The translations under genes were made by a program, and so were the position numbers. From contig OY740790.1 in assembly GCA_963514005.1 (NCBI GenBank), positions 15,066,001 to 15,130,000 of the forward strand: a DNA stretch of 64,000 nt. Direction: 5' to 3'. Within the stretch, counting starts at the first letter, position 1, and the number at the start of each line of letters is the position of its first letter. This DNA is from Raja brachyura. Lineage: Eukaryota. This document shows positions 40,954 through 54,651 of the stretch, piece after piece. Below the pieces are notes generated by a model. The model did no database searches. It was not told the origin of the DNA and was given only the letters and a program-made list of their open reading frames with translations.

Positions 40954-41480
40954 CTAATTAGAAAACACAAGACCAAATCTTAAAACCTTTCAATATTTAC
41001 TCCAGAGTTGCACCATTGTTTAACTAAATATATTTTTCAAAGCAAGTGTGAGAGGAGACAAAATAACCTTATCAAATCCCATCATTTGCACCTTTCTGGC
41101 TTCTCCACTTATCACCTCCAGGCATGGTCATCATCTCCACCTTTATTTCCTGCTCGCGCTCCCACCCTAGCCCAGCCCCATTTGACTCATCTGCTATTCA
41201 GCCCTACTCTACCTGGGTGCACCTACCACCTTCAAGCTCTTGCCCATTCTCACTGCTTGCTCCCTCTTCTACACCTTTAGTCTGAAAAAGGATGCTGACC
41301 CAAAACATTTCCTTCCACAGATACTGGCTGACCTACTAAAGTTTGCCAGCATTTTGTTTTTTGCTCCAGAAACAAGGAATGGTTTGTTAAGCCTCTTGTC
41401 TGCTAAAGTTCTTGAGTGGAATTTCAGTTATGTTTAACGTAGTATAGATATACCATAAGACATATGGTTGGCATAACACA

Positions 41481-41785
41481 GGGGTGGCACAGTGGCGCAG
41501 CGGTAGAGTTGCTGCCTTACAGCGTCAGAGACCTGGGTTTGATCCTGACTACAGGTGCTGTCTGTACGGAGTTTGTATTTTCTCCTTAAGACTGCGTGGG
41601 TTTTCTCCAGGTACTCCCCTTTCCCCCCACACTCCAAAGACGTAGAGGTTTGTGGGTTAATTTGGCTCCGGTAAAAGTTGTAAATTGTTCCTAGTGTGTG
41701 GATAGTGCGAGTATATGGGGATCGCTGGTCGGAGCGGACTCAGTGGGCTGAAGGGCCTGTTTCTGTGCTGTATCGTTAAACAAAA
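41481..41785 (+). mobile_element. Full-length tRNA-derived V-SINE (HE1-like)
   Basis: GGGGTGGCACAGTGGCGCAGCGGTAGAG (A box), GGTTTGATCC (B box), central domain, GGGCTGAAGGGCCTGTTTCTGTGCTGTA tail. Confidence 0.82.
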
Positions 41786-41789
41786 TTAG

Positions 41790-42232
41790 AACAGAATTGG
41801 GCCATTTGGCCCATTGAAACTACTACGCCACTCGATCATGACTGATCTGTTTTTCTCTCTCAACCCCATTCTCTTACCTTCTGTAACCTTCGACACCCTT
41901 ACTAATCAAGAACATATCAATTTCCGTTTAAAAAAAAACCTGTCTTTGCCTGCACAGCCATCTGTTGAAATTAATTCCACAGGTTCACCACCCACTGACT
42001 AAAGAAATTCCTCCTCATCTCCATTCTAAAGATACATCTTTTATTCTGAGGCTGTGCCTCTGTTCACAAACTCTCCCATTAATGGAAACATTCTGTCCAC
42101 GTCCACTCTATCTAGTCCTTTTATTATTCAGTAGGTTTCAATGAGATCCCCCTCATCCTCCTAAATCCCTGCGTGTACAGGTCCAGAGCCATCAAACACA
42201 CCTCATATGTTAACCCAATCATTCCCAGCATC
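41790..42232 (-). mobile_element. Older CR1-type LINE 3' fragment
   Basis: Decayed reverse-complement CR1 ORF2 end/3' UTR (GGGGATCTCATTGAAACCTAC, CACAGCCTCAGAATAAAAG). Confidence 0.65.
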
Positions 42233-42237
42233 TTATA

Positions 42238-43239
42238 CAGTGGCTTGCAAAAGTATTCATACCCCTTGAACTTTTCCACATTTTGTCACGTTACAACCAC
42301 AAACAAAAATGTATTTTATTGGGATTTTATGTGATAGACCAACACAAAGTGGTGCATAATTGTGAAGTGGAAGGAAAATGATACATGGTTTCCAAATTTT
42401 ATTACAAATAAAAAACGGAAAAGTGTGGCGTGCAAAAGTATTCAGCCCCCCCGGAGTCAATACTTTGTAGAACCACCTTTCACTGCAATTACAGCTGCAA
42501 GTCTTTTGGGGTATGTCTCTACCAGCTTTGCACATCTAGAGACTGAAATGTTTGCCCATTCTTCTTTGCAAAATAGCTCAAGCTCAGTCAGATTGGATGG
42601 AGAGCATCTGTGAACAGTAATTTTCAAGTCTTGCCAGAGAGTCTCAATTGGATTTAGGTTTGGACTTTGACTGGGCCATTCTAACACATGAAAATGTTTT
42701 GATCTAAACCATTCCATTGTAGCTCTGGCTGTATGTTTAGGGTCGTTGTCCTGTGCTCCGTGAGATGTTCAAAGCTTGGGATATTTTTTTATAACCTAAC
42801 CCTGCTTTAAACTTCTCCTCAACTTTATCCCTGACCTGTCTGGTGTGTTACATGGGCTTCATGATGCTGTTTGTTCACTAATGTTCTCTAACAAACCTCT
42901 GAGGCCTTTACAGAACAGCTGTATTTATACTGAGATTAGATTACATACAAGGACTCTATTTACTAATTAGGTGACATCTGAAGGCAATTACTTGCACTGG
43001 ATTTTATTTAGGGGTATCAGAGTAAAGGGGGCTGAATACTTTTGCACGCCACACTTTTCAGTTTTTTATTTGTAAACAAATTTGAAAACCATGTGTCATT
43101 TTCCTTCCACTTCACAATTATGCGCCACTTTGTGTTGGTCTATCACATAAAATCCCAATAAAATACATTTACGTTTGTGGTTGTAACGTGGCAAAATGTG
43201 GATAAGTTCAAGGGGTATGAAAACTTTTGCAAGCCACTG
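42238..43239 (-). mobile_element. Internally deleted Tc1 (same family as 25192-26686)
   Basis: ta|CAGTGGCTTGCAAAAG ... CTTTTGCAAGCCACTG|ta; ~210-bp TIRs; N- and C-terminal transposase segments fused at ~42754. Confidence 0.93.
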
Positions 43240-43695
43240 TATCTCTAATGAATCTTCACCAAATACCTTTTCTGGGAATAAGGGAATGCACCAGAGTAAA
43301 AGCTTCATCAGTCAAACCCCATGATCAGGCAGCATATAAATGACAGTTCAGACCAGCGGATCGGTAAGTGAGAGATACACAGTTATGTCCTGGAGGTATT
43401 GGCAGCATCACAGCAGAGTATCAGCCATGCACATTCTCAGTTCCAGTCCAGCCCAGTTCACCTTGGCGGCATAACCACTCGAGCTCCCAGTGCAGACTAT
43501 CAGTGTGAAACCCTGCCCCAGCTTGATCCTATCCCTCACAAGTTCTCAAAATAGGGTACTTGCATTCAATCTGATATTAACAGAACAGAATCAAAACACA
43601 TACACTTTAAAGTTGCGAGGATTTTTACTGGTCAGGTTTATTGAGTTATTTCCTCCTATCCTGTAAAACTGTAAATTAATCCCCATTCAACAAAC

Positions 43696-43818
43696 CTGTA
43701 ACGTTGTTGATGAGCCGACAATCTCCTGCCTCACAGCACTCGTGCACACTGCAGTACCAACTCACTATCTCCTTATAACTATCCTGGATCAAGAAGGACC
43801 AGGCCTCCAACGTGTTTG
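43696..43818 (-). CDS. TOR3A: TOR3A exon 2
   Basis: ttttag|CA AAC ... ACA G|gtttg; 123 nt; SWYCSVHECCEAGDCRLINNVTG, the TOR3A-type WYC..CC..GDCRI.NN.TG motif. Confidence 0.9.
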
Positions 43819-44887
43819 CTAAAATAAAGGAGAAAAGGTTTTATACCAGACCAATAATTAGGTTTTTTTTAAATAAAATCTTTAAACATCTTTTAAACCT
43901 TTTGATGTAATAAAACAGTTCCATATACTAAAATAACAGATTCTCTTGCATGAAGCAGCATTTTCTGATGTTGCAGGGTGACAACTAGAAAATATCCAGG
44001 TGCCGTGTCAACATTGTGTTACAGGAGGGCTTGTGGTCTGCTTGCATGATGCATTGTTGAGCTGTTACCAATACATTATGTTGCTCTGCTACATTCACAT
44101 GCCTGAACTCTCCTTGTATTTAAGTATGATTACTGAAACTTGCCAACTTCAAACTGCTATTAAAAAACAAAAAAACTACAGATGCTGAAAAATCAGAGAG
44201 GAGAAGGGTGGAGAGGATAACGGAAATGACGAGGTGGTGTGCCCAGATGGTACAAATGTTGTTGGTGCCATCTCAGAGGGTGGTGAATACTTGTTAGATA
44301 TGCATCATCGGTCTGATTGCAAGTCAGTGATGCATTAGATACTTAGGTGGACTCTACAAAGGAGAAATCAAATACAGATTGGGCAACTGCCTTGCTCTAA
44401 TCAGTCTGCTAGGTTATCACTTTCATTCCCACTCTGACCCTCTTTAGCCTCCTTCTATTTCAACATAAGTTTGAAGAACAGCAGAAACAAGGAACTGCCG
44501 ATGCCAGTTTATACAAAAGGACACAAAGTGCTGGAGTACTTCAGCTGGTCAGGCAGCATCTCTGGAGAGCGAGAAGCATTGGATTGAGTGCAGATACCTG
44601 AAATCCAGGTTGGGTCAGTACTTGGAACCAGTGCTGGAAGTTACAAGGCATGATAGCATTGCAGGCATCACAGGTGGCTGTGGTAGCAAGTCCATGTCAC
44701 AACATGGTCCGATAGCAAGAAAAATCAGTGGGGGAGCAGTGAGAGAGGGTCTCACGGAACTCCTGTCAGAGAGAGGTGGAGAACTTATTCAAAGTAGGCA
44801 TACCTTGAGGAGATTTCACAGTGGAGCTGTCAAAATGTAGAAGAATCCCAACCAAAAACGTCACCTATCCATGTTCTCCAGTGATTT

Positions 44888-45705
44888 GGGTGACACAATT
44901 GCACTGTGGTAGAGTTGCTGCCTTATAGCGCCAGAGACCCCAGTTCGATGCCGACTACAGGTGCTGTCTATAAAGTGTTTCCTGTACAGAGTTCTCCCTG
45001 TGACCACATGGGTTTTGTCCGGATGCTCCGGTTTCCTCCCACATTCCAAAGACGTGTATATAGAGGGAGTACAGAGAAGGTTCACCAGACTGATTCCTGG
45101 GATCTCAGGACTTTCATATGAAGAAAGACTGGATAGACGCGGCATGTACTCGCTAGAATTTAGAAGATTGAGGGGGGATCTTATAGAAACTTACAAAATT
45201 GAGGGGTGGACAGGCTAGATGCAGGAAGATTGTTCCCAATGTTGGGGAAGTCCAGAACAAGGGGTCACAGTTTAAGGATAAGGGGGAAGTTTTTTAGGAC
45301 CGAGATGAGAAAAACATTTTTCACACAGAGAGTGGTGAATCTCTGGAATTCTCTGCCACAGAAGGTAGTTGAGGCAAGGTCATTGGCTATATTTAAGAGG
45401 GAGTTAGATGTGGCCCTTGTGGCTAAGAGGATCAGGAGGTATGGAGAGAAGGCAGGTACGGGATACTGAGTTGGATGATCAGCCATGATCATATTGAATG
45501 GCGGTGCAGGCTCGAAGGGCCGAATGGCCTACTCCTGCACCTATTTTCTATGTTTCTATGTGCGTGTTTGAAGGTTAATTGGCATCTGTAAAATTGTAAA
45601 TTGTCCCTAGTATGTGTGTAGTTTGGTTTAGTTTAGTGTTAGTGTTTGGTGTGGACAGTACAGACTCGGTGGGCCAAAGGGCCTGTTTCCACGCTGTCTA
45701 AAGTA
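44888..45705 (+). mobile_element. V-SINE interrupted by a CR1 3' fragment (~45059-45561)
   Basis: SINE head to CCAAAGACGTGT, then CR1 (IEGVQRRFTRLIPG.. to TTCTATGTTTCTATGT), then SINE resumes; CGTGT on both sides. Confidence 0.82.
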
Positions 45706-46581
45706 AAGATGCTGTCTGACCCATAGAGTTACTCCAGCACTTTGTGTCTTTTTGAAAGACATCACCTCACCTTCCAACTCAGCATTTTGTAGCCCTCAGG
45801 CCTCAATATTGAATTTGACTACTTCAGAGAACCCTTTCCCATTGCTGTCAACCTCTTGTAATTTTTTTCTTTCTCCACAAATTCAAATACCTGTTGAGTA
45901 TTTCCAGTATTTACTGCATTTATCAAAGACAATTTTTGATTGTTAACTATGCTGGATGAGAAGAGCTGTAGTTCTGGTGCCACATTTATAAGTTGAGATG
46001 AGGCAGCAACAACACAGGCTGGGTTTTCATACCTATCACTGGAAATGCACCAACGCTCAGTGTCAGAGGATTAGTCTCATGGGCTTTAAAGTGCAGCATG
46101 CCCCTATGTGGAATCTGTGCCGAGGAAAGTGTCAGAGGAATTTAATGCAAGCTTTAGCACCTTAACAACTGACACAACGAGCATTTTATGCATTTTTAAT
46201 TAACAACATACGGGCCAGACATATTACAAGCTGTCAAATTGTTTGAATCTTGCATTTCCATGCAAAATATCAACTGACCGACTGACTTCACTACCTTGGA
46301 ATCCTTTCAAGTGACTTCCTTGAAGATGTGTGTTGTCTTTTAACATTCTCAGGTGGATCTCGCCACGAAACGTCACCCACTTCTTCTCCATTTCATGTCT
46401 ATCTTCAGTGAATAACCAGCATCTGCAGTTCCTTCCTACCCAAATTTGAATTATTCCATTGCCAGGAATTCTTACACATCTATAATTTGCTCCTAAATAC
46501 ACACTTTTTCACATAAACCACTCAAATCGGTTTGTAACTGAATTCCGTTATTTCCCATAACATCCTTTGTATTTTACTCAC

Positions 46582-46747
46582 CATTCTTTGAGAAGTCTGT
46601 CAAATGTTCAGTCTTACAGTCAGAGTTCCAGATTTGTCCTGGAATAAAGTGAAAAATCTCTGAAAATGTTCCCAGCTGCTGCTGGATCATGTTTCCCTTC
46701 ACCCTTTGCAACCACCAGCAGAACAACAGGAACCACTGGAGATTCAT
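46582..46747 (-). CDS. TOR3A: TOR3A first coding exon (signal peptide)
   Basis: ATG 46747 ... AAT G|gtgagt; 166 nt; MNLQWFLLFCWWLQRVKG is signal-like; phase 1 joins exon 2; six exons total 1104 nt = 367 aa plus stop. Confidence 0.72.
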
Positions 46748-47583
46748 TGAGGGGACAGCAAGAGCTGAACAGCAGAGGTTGGGGGTGGGATTAGGGACAG
46801 GAATAGAGTAGCGGAAAACTTTCACTGCCTAAGTATTTCATTCTTGGTTAATATTTAGCTTTACTTCACATTATTGTCCACGTGGACTGCCACAATCAGG
46901 CTGGTGACCTTAACAAGCCAGGCAGTCTTCCAACTTATTGAAGCAATAAACTAGTCTGCGGCAAAATACAAATTTCTTGATGAACTCCAAGTACAGCGGC
47001 CTCTTGGTGGGGAGGAATTATTGATTTTCGGGTTGGGACCCTGCATTAAGACTGCGTGCGGACTTGGTAGATAGCCTGTATTATGAGGGGAAATGGCTAT
47101 ACAGGAGGGGAGGTGAGAAGGGGATGAAGTTCTCACTCCCACACCTTTTGAATTTTGGAGTCTGTTCAAGCATTAAAAAAAAAATCTAAATTTCCATTAT
47201 TCACTTACTCTTACAACTTACTAATGCAAGTTTCACTTACTTTTCAGCAGGATCATTAAGCAGCTATCAGAAGTGGGCTTCCATATGTTTTCGCTCCCAG
47301 AATGTTTCCAGATTGCCACATTTACCGATGAAATTACCAGACAAATTTTTGAGACAGTAAACAGTGTCACAGGAGGATGTCAGTTAACTGTTCTAATTCA
47401 TGAGCTGCACAAGACACCAAGTGTGACTAAGGATGTGGGTTGTGTGCTTTGGAACTGATGGCATGCAAGTGGAGAGCAGCAAAGACAGCGAGTCTAACAT
47501 CATGGAACAGATTATGTATACTCTGCAGCTTAAATGGAGAAATATCCCATTGATGTGAATATTGCACAGAATGGAACGCATCA

Positions 47584-47755
47584 CATAGAAACATAGAAAA
47601 TTAGGTGCAGGAGTAGGCCATTCGGCCCTTCGAGCCTGCACCGCCATTCAATGTGATCATGGCTGATCATCCAACTCAGTATCCCGTACCTGCCTTCTCT
47701 CCATACCCCCTGATCCCTTTAGCCACAAGTGCCACATATAACGCCCTCTTAAATA
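47584..47755 (-). mobile_element. CR1 3' end fragment
   Basis: CATAGAAACATAGAAA tail and 3' UTR nearly identical to the 50160-50337 region. Confidence 0.85.
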
Positions 47756-48305
47756 TATCACACTGGATGGTACACATTTTGGACAGTAGCTAGGCCAGAG
47801 GAACACTTGAGCTACAGAGCTTCAAGGAATACATATTACATCAGGGATTTTCCAGCTAAACATGTAGGGAGATATTAGTGTCTGCTAAAGCTAAATTCAA
47901 AAAACATGTTTGCCTTTGTTGCCGATAAGGCTCCATTCTGCAATTCAGACACAAAAAAGGCAGTTGGCCCATCCGAGCTCCAAATGATTCTAACAAATGA
48001 GATGCATTTTAACAAGAATTCAGTAAGTTCATGGTCAGAAAAACATCAGGATTCACCTCGTCCTGGCAGCCTGCTGTCTATTCAGCGACTCTTACAGTTT
48101 TCATCTCCCTGCTCTATCCACTACAACTTGTGTTGGTCGTTTTTTGAATGCAAGAACTACTTCCTGAGACCCAACCATAATATTTGATTAATTTGGATTT
48201 CTACATTCTGTAGGACAAAAGATTTTAATTTCCCAGATGTGTAGGAAAGAACTGCAGATGCTGGTTTAAATCGACGGGTCTCGACTCTAAACGTCACCCA
48301 TTCCT

Positions 48306-51300
48306 TAGCAATGTTACAAAATTTTGAGATTTTAAAAATCAAGTCTGCAATTTATCCCATCTGATAAAGCATAAAAAGAAGTTTAATTTGACACCTAATT
48401 CACTTTCGTATCTTCAGTATTAAGAAAGTTATGACCATTTTCATACTTGGAAATTAGCATCTTGTTTCCCATTGCCTTTGCATTGACTTAACTCAAAAGC
48501 TGTGATCGAGGACAGTCAAAAGCCCATAACTTTCTTAAAAATGTACAAAACTCAATGAAATTTTCAGTTATTACAGATTGAAGCATTCTGAAACAAATAT
48601 AAAACATCTTACTTGGATAACCTGAAATTAAAGCATATAATTAGTTAGTTACCTAATTGTAGCTAATTACAAAATAGACCATTGCGTCGGAAATAGTAAT
48701 AAACACCCAGACTGCCTTGAAAATTCAAAAATGTGATCTTCTAAAGATCAGAAGTTTAATATTATTGTATTATATGCTGTAAGTCCGTAACAGATAGGTA
48801 AATAAATTACAATTTCTAGCAAAAGACAAAGTCTTTATAGAGAAGATCAGTTGCTAGCTGGTACATTGGCATATCATAACCAGTAGCATCATCATACTCC
48901 TCAGATTGCAACCAATAAGCAACTCTGTACACGTTGTTTTTCCTCAACTTTTCAATTTTGGCATTGTAAACTACAAGTTTTTGCTCTTCAAACCACGCAT
49001 AACATGCCTTTCTGCCCACTACTTTGCCATTAAGAATGTCTTAAGAATTAAGAATTTACGAAAGGTAAATCATGTCTGACGAATCTTGTGGAATTTTTCG
49101 AGGATGTAACTAGTAGCGTGGATACGGGAGAACCAGTGTATGTGGTGTATCTGGACTTCCAGAAGGGTTTCGACAAGGTCCCACATAAGAGATTAGTATA
49201 TAAACTTAATGCATAAGGCATTGGGGGTTCAGTATTGATGTGGATAGAGAACTGGCTGGCAAACAGGAAGCAAAGAGTAGGAGTAAACGGGTCGTTTTCA
49301 CAATGGCAGGCAGTGACTAGTGGGGTACCGCAAGGCTCAGTGCTGGGACCCCAGCTATTTACAATATACATGATCTGGATGAGGGAATTGAAGGCAATAT
49401 CTCCAAGTTTGCGGATGACACTAAGCTGGGGGGCAGTGTTAGCTGTGAGGAGGATGCTAGGAGATTGCAAGGTGACTTGGATAGGCTGGGTGAGTGGGCA
49501 AATGTTTGGCAGATGCAGTATAATGTGGATAAATGTGAGGTTATCCACTTTGGTGGCAAAAATAGGAAAGCAGACTATTATCTTAATGGTGGCCGATTAG
49601 GAAAAGGGGAGATGCAGCGCGACCTGGGTGTCATGGTACACCAGTCATTGAAAGTAGGTATGCAGGTGCAGCAGGCAGTGAAGAAAGCGAATGGCATGTT
49701 AGCTTTCATAGCAAAAGGCTTTGAGTATAGGAGCAGGGAGGTTCTACTTCAGTTATATAGGGTCTTGGTGAGACCACACCTGGAGTATTGCGTACAGTTC
49801 TGGTCTCCAAATCTGAGGAAGGACATTATTGCCATAGAGGGAGTGCAGAGAAGGTTCACCAGACTGATTCCTGGGATGTCAGGACTGTCTTATGAACAAG
49901 GACTGCATAGACTCGGTTTATACTCTCTAGAATTTAGGAGATTGAGAGGGGATCTTATAGAAACTTACAAAATTCTTAAGGGGTTGGACAGGCTAGATGC
50001 AGGAAGATTGTTCCCGATGTTGGGGAGGTCCAGGACAAGAGGTCACAGCTTAAGGATAAGGGGGAAATCCTTTAGGACCGAGATGAGAAGGACTGTTTTC
50101 ACACAGAGAGTGGTGGGTCTGGAACTCTCTGCCACAGAGGGTAGTTGAGGCCAGTTCATTGGCTATATTTAAGAGGGAGTTAGATGTAGCCCTTGTGGCT
50201 AAGGGGATCAGAGGGTATGGAGAGAAGGCAGGTACGGGATACTGAGTTGGATGATCAGCCATGATCATATTGAATGGCGGTGCAGGCTCGAAGGGCCGAA
50301 TGGCCTACTCCTGCACCTAATTTCTATGTTTCTATGTATCACATTTGGAGTAGTCCAAATTCGGATAATCTCTGCGAATGCTGTTTAAATCAGTCTCTTT
50401 CAAATTTTTCCCTAGTTTTTTCCTCTCTTTCGTGTCCCGAGCATGCTCCTTGCCTTTCTGTCGCTTGATGATTTCTGCTCTCAATTCCTTCTGTTTTTTA
50501 TTCCGTCTGTTCCTCTGCACTCTCCCCCATGTCACTGCCTTGCAGAGCACCTCCTCCCTACGATGCTCCTCGAGATTATCAAGGTAATTGATTCTTGCAA
50601 GCCCGCATCCTACATGACAAATAACACATGGTGGCATTGGGAGATTTCTGTTTCGATGAGCTAAATATCCCCATTATCTCCTCCACATCAATGTTGTGTG
50701 AACTTGCTGGTGCAGTCTCCTCCTTCAGTTTCTCAGTTACATCAAGTTCAAAGTATTTACTATACTGCCTCTCCAACACAGTGATGACAGCTTGAAGACA
50801 GCTCCTCATCTTTGAACTGAACTGTGGATGTACCGGTAGCTCCCGAAGTTTTGTCAATGTGGCATCAAGATGTACCTCCTCACCGAAGAAATCTTCCTTT
50901 GTCAATATCAAGTTCTCTGGATTTTCTGTGGCTTCCTTTAGAGCAGCAATCACCCCGTTAACCACTTTAATGCCATCAACATGGTTGATCTGATTCTGGC
51001 TTGAAGTGTAGAAGCGCTTCATCCAAGGCCCAGTCAGATATTTGCCAAGTAAGCCTAATATCTGAAGTTCTACTTTTGCTTCAGCCTGGGTGAAGTCATG
51101 GAGGATGGCGCTTTTCAACCCCCCACAGGATGTTCCGCTATTCAGCAGGGCAACAAAGTCATCATAATGTTCTATGAGCTTCCCACCAATGTGAAACAGT
51201 ATGTGCAATCTGTTGCCACGGTACCTCGGGGGATGTTCCTGTCATCTAAAAACATGACAAATCCTTTTGGGTCCTCTTTTCCGTTTTTGTACCTAAGCTT

Positions 51301-53829
51301 GCTCATCTGCAGAATGGCATTTACTGCTAGACAGTCTTTCCCAAACAAGAATTGTCCTCCGGATTGTTTCTGCATTTTTAGGGCTGAGCGGACTGATGTA
51401 GCAATGGAGTCAAGCAGATACAAGTGGCAGTAGAGCTCGTTCAAATATTTACCCCACTCACTACTCACTATCCGAATAGCAGCATGATTAGCTGCACACC
51501 TGTCACTAATTGTGTTTGAAACGTTATCTATTATTTTTTGTCTGGTATCTTGAAAATTTGCTTGTTCGTTGAAGTAAGTATATATTTTTTACACAAATTG
51601 TCAATTGTTTCACAAATATGTTGTGCATAGTCCTCAGCAGTGCCACCAGCCAATTCGTCCACTGCTGCAGAGAGACATTTGTTTGTGGTTGGGAAATGAA
51701 CACTGTTGATGTGGGTCTCTTCCTGGGTGGTTGCATCAAATCCCACAGTCAAACCCTTCGTTGCCAGGAGCATCTCTGCTGTTTGCAACTCAGCAATAGC
51801 TCCCAATTCTCGGGCCATAATTTCAACTGCACTGCGTCGAGGAACATAATCCAGATGAAGTCCACTCCGCTTGTAGAACTGACTTATCAGGATTGGAATG
51901 TTTGCTGTGGGAGTTTTGTTTACGATACAGTCAAACACATGCGTCCTTGTTGTTGAGGAGTAGGTTTTCTGGCCCACCTTTGCCTTGACAATACTGGCAG
52001 CCTGCAGAGTTTCGATTGTTTCTTTGAGGACAAGATTGTCAAATTCGAGGCGTCTCACATCCTCTTCCTTGTCCTTTAAATTTTCATGAACTTTTCTGGA
52101 CTGGTGAATTGAAACAGTTTTCCTCTTTTTCGTACTGCCACGAAACATCCGCAATTGTCTGTGTGCTTTTTTAAGTCTCAAAAGCTCTGCCTTGGTTTCA
52201 GCAAGCTCTTGTGCCACAGTATTCCCATGTAATTTGGTTTTGAGTTCCTGAATCTTTCTGTCCTTTAAATCTATTTGGTTTTGCTTTCTCTTTAAGGCTT
52301 GGTTAATTACACGTTTGGGAGTTTTCAACCGTGCCCTAAGTTCACTGATCTTTGTGTGATTCTTTGTTGAAAGAGCAGCCCTGGATTCGGACAGAAAATT
52401 TAGCCTTTTATTCAATTTCTGTTTCCCTGGTGAAAGACTTAGAAATGCTCTGCTATGTCTTGTTGAAACGCTAGATGCCGATGGCATTGGTTCAGGTGAG
52501 GCAGCAGCTTTTGTTGGCATTGCTAGATTCAGTGGAGGATGCAGACTATGACTGTCATCACCCATGTCCTCAGTGTCTTGAAATATGGGCACTTGGCTTT
52601 CAGCTGATGTCAAGGATTCAGGATCTTGAGCACCAGGCAGTGGAATGTTATCTAAAGAAAGGTGTTGACTGCCTTCTGGAAGTTTAAAAGTTTCATCACA
52701 GATTTCCATAAATGCTCCAAGGTGCTTGGGATTGGTGAGTTTTTTAAACTTAAGCAAAGTCTGGTAACAAGAGCCTTCACTCTTAACTTAACAGCACCAA
52801 ATGAATAGCCTCCTGCTTCCGACGAAGAGAAATGTGAACTCAGCGATTTCTCTGTCGCAGACAGACTTTTTCCAAACGAGGTATATAAGTACAAGATGTG
52901 TCCATTTTTAGGATCCCTCTTAGACTCTGGCATGACAGAGAACTTCACTTCAAGTTGAACTCTAGCTATGTCTGTCTGGGCTTTTGGATTGACAATTTTG
53001 CATTTCTTCTTTGGAGACATCTGTTTACAATGTAAATTTAAAAAAAACACTGAACAGCATTAACAGAAACAAGTTATTATTTGCAGTTTTAGCAAAAAAG
53101 GTAGAAATGATAAAGTTAAATGCTAAAACAAAGAGTAAATACTCAACACAAAAAATCTGTTTCATCCAAATTCAATTACTAGATCTAAACATCTATCCAT
53201 TTCTTAAGAAATGATAAACATTTTTAAATTGCCTAAGTGTCCAAATAACATTCACACAATAATTCACAATATAATATGATATTTAAATCTCATTTTCATG
53301 TATTTATAGGCCAAATGGAAGGAATTTAGTGTTTGATTCCTGTAAATTAATGGCCATTTAACTAGCGAGTGGGTATTAGTGGAATGCGATGGATTAGAAC
53401 GTTGCGGTTAGCGGTGAAGTCGGGAGGAAAAATACTGTTGGTTCATACATTTTTTTGGACCCCATTTCGCAACATGAAAATGTGATTAAAGTCTCCCTAA
53501 AAACTAACTTTTAATGTAAAAATAAACTATTTACCTTTTTTTTCTCCCCTACGCAAAATCCTTCCCGTCGTCGGCACTCACGGCTTTTGAAGGTGAGTTT
53601 TAAATTACTCTAGTTAATAAATAATCTAGCGTAATTTAAAAATACCTTCATGAATGAAATGTCGGAGCGATTTTTCTTCCGCAACGAAATCGCCCGACAT
53701 GGATCGATTTACCCAGTCTGCAGAAAAACGGCACTTTAAGCCCGCCCCCCTCTGAAAGGTGCCAAAGTCACGCACACGGGGAGCGGCAGAACTGCAGCGC
53801 TGCTCAAGGTAAGTTTTGTAGCATACCTA
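48306..53829 (-). mobile_element. hAT-related (hATw-like) DNA transposon with near full-length but disrupted transposase
   Basis: Termini TAGCAATGTTACAAAA / TTTTGTAGCATACCTA; 7-bp TSD CATTCCT (48299-48305, 53830-53836) restores the host Penelope pLTR; transposase from ATG 53020 to ~48816 with VGFDATT, ISDRCAAN, ELYCHL, HILF, HNIDVEEIMG. Confidence 0.82.
49056..50337 (+). mobile_element. 5'-truncated CR1 LINE inserted in the transposase 3' region
   Basis: [47 protein letters not shown]; (TTTCTATG)n tail. Confidence 0.95.
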
Positions 53830-54651
53830 CATTCCTTCTCTCCAGAGATGCTGCCTGACACGCTGAGTTACTCCAGCATTTTGTGTCTACCTTTAATTTC
53901 CAAGTTCTCAATATTAGTGATTATCTCACAAACCTCCAAGGCCATCTTTCAGACACTTTCCCCAAAGCTGAAAAGCCTGCCTGATTCTTTCCTGCACAAT
54001 CATGAATCTTATGCTTTGATAAATTGACCTGGATGCTAAGGGTCAGTCAGTGCATGGACAATCTGAGCGTAACTTCTTCCGACCTGAATTTTGCTGCTTT
54101 GTTCAACATGGGTCAACATCCCTTTAACTTAAGTGCTGCTTATCAATTGGAAATTATGAGCATCATTCACTAAGGCTCCCATGTCCATCAACTTCATTCT
54201 CAGCAAAATGGTACGTCACCAAGTTAGTGGACCTAGTCACATATAGGGAAGACCAGCTAAGGACTGATTCTCTCCGTGGTCCTGGCTGATTCTTATCCCT
54301 CAAGCATTATCACATTGGCCGATGTGGGATGTCCGTTCCTCAAGGATTCTAACAAATGAGATGCATTTTAACAAGATTTAAGTAAGTTCACGGTCATTCC
54401 AGATTTACTCTAATCTAAATTCCCCAGCTGCCATGCCACATGTGAATATTATCACACGTGAGATAATAGACAATAACACCCACCATGCTACCGCACTCCA
54501 TTGATGAAGCATGCACACTAAACCTCTCCCATGGGCCACTTTTTGTTCCAATATAAAGCACTTCACATTTGTCCTTAGTGAATTTCATCCTTCATTGCCC
54601 TTCCCATTTGTAAATGTTGAATTCATGGCAAAAATAATGAGCTTGCAACTT

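Noticed and set aside
41481-41560. tRNA gene
   Set aside because: A/B boxes belong to a SINE head that continues into the SINE body and LINE-like tail.
34042-46747. Calling the torsin TOR1A/TOR1B/TOR2A
   Set aside because: Six-exon structure with the extra WYC..CC..GDCR exon, DEAEKL Walker B and position next to ABL2 fit TOR3A.
47229-47246. ISRE-like AGTTTCACTTAC upstream of TOR3A (mammalian TOR3A is interferon-responsive)
   Set aside because: Mismatch in the second core, and the TSS is unknown; such matches arise by chance in AT-rich DNA.
51531-52757. 408-aa ORF as a domesticated host gene
   Set aside because: It lies within TIRs and a TSD, is frameshifted on both sides, and the 3' part is interrupted by a CR1.
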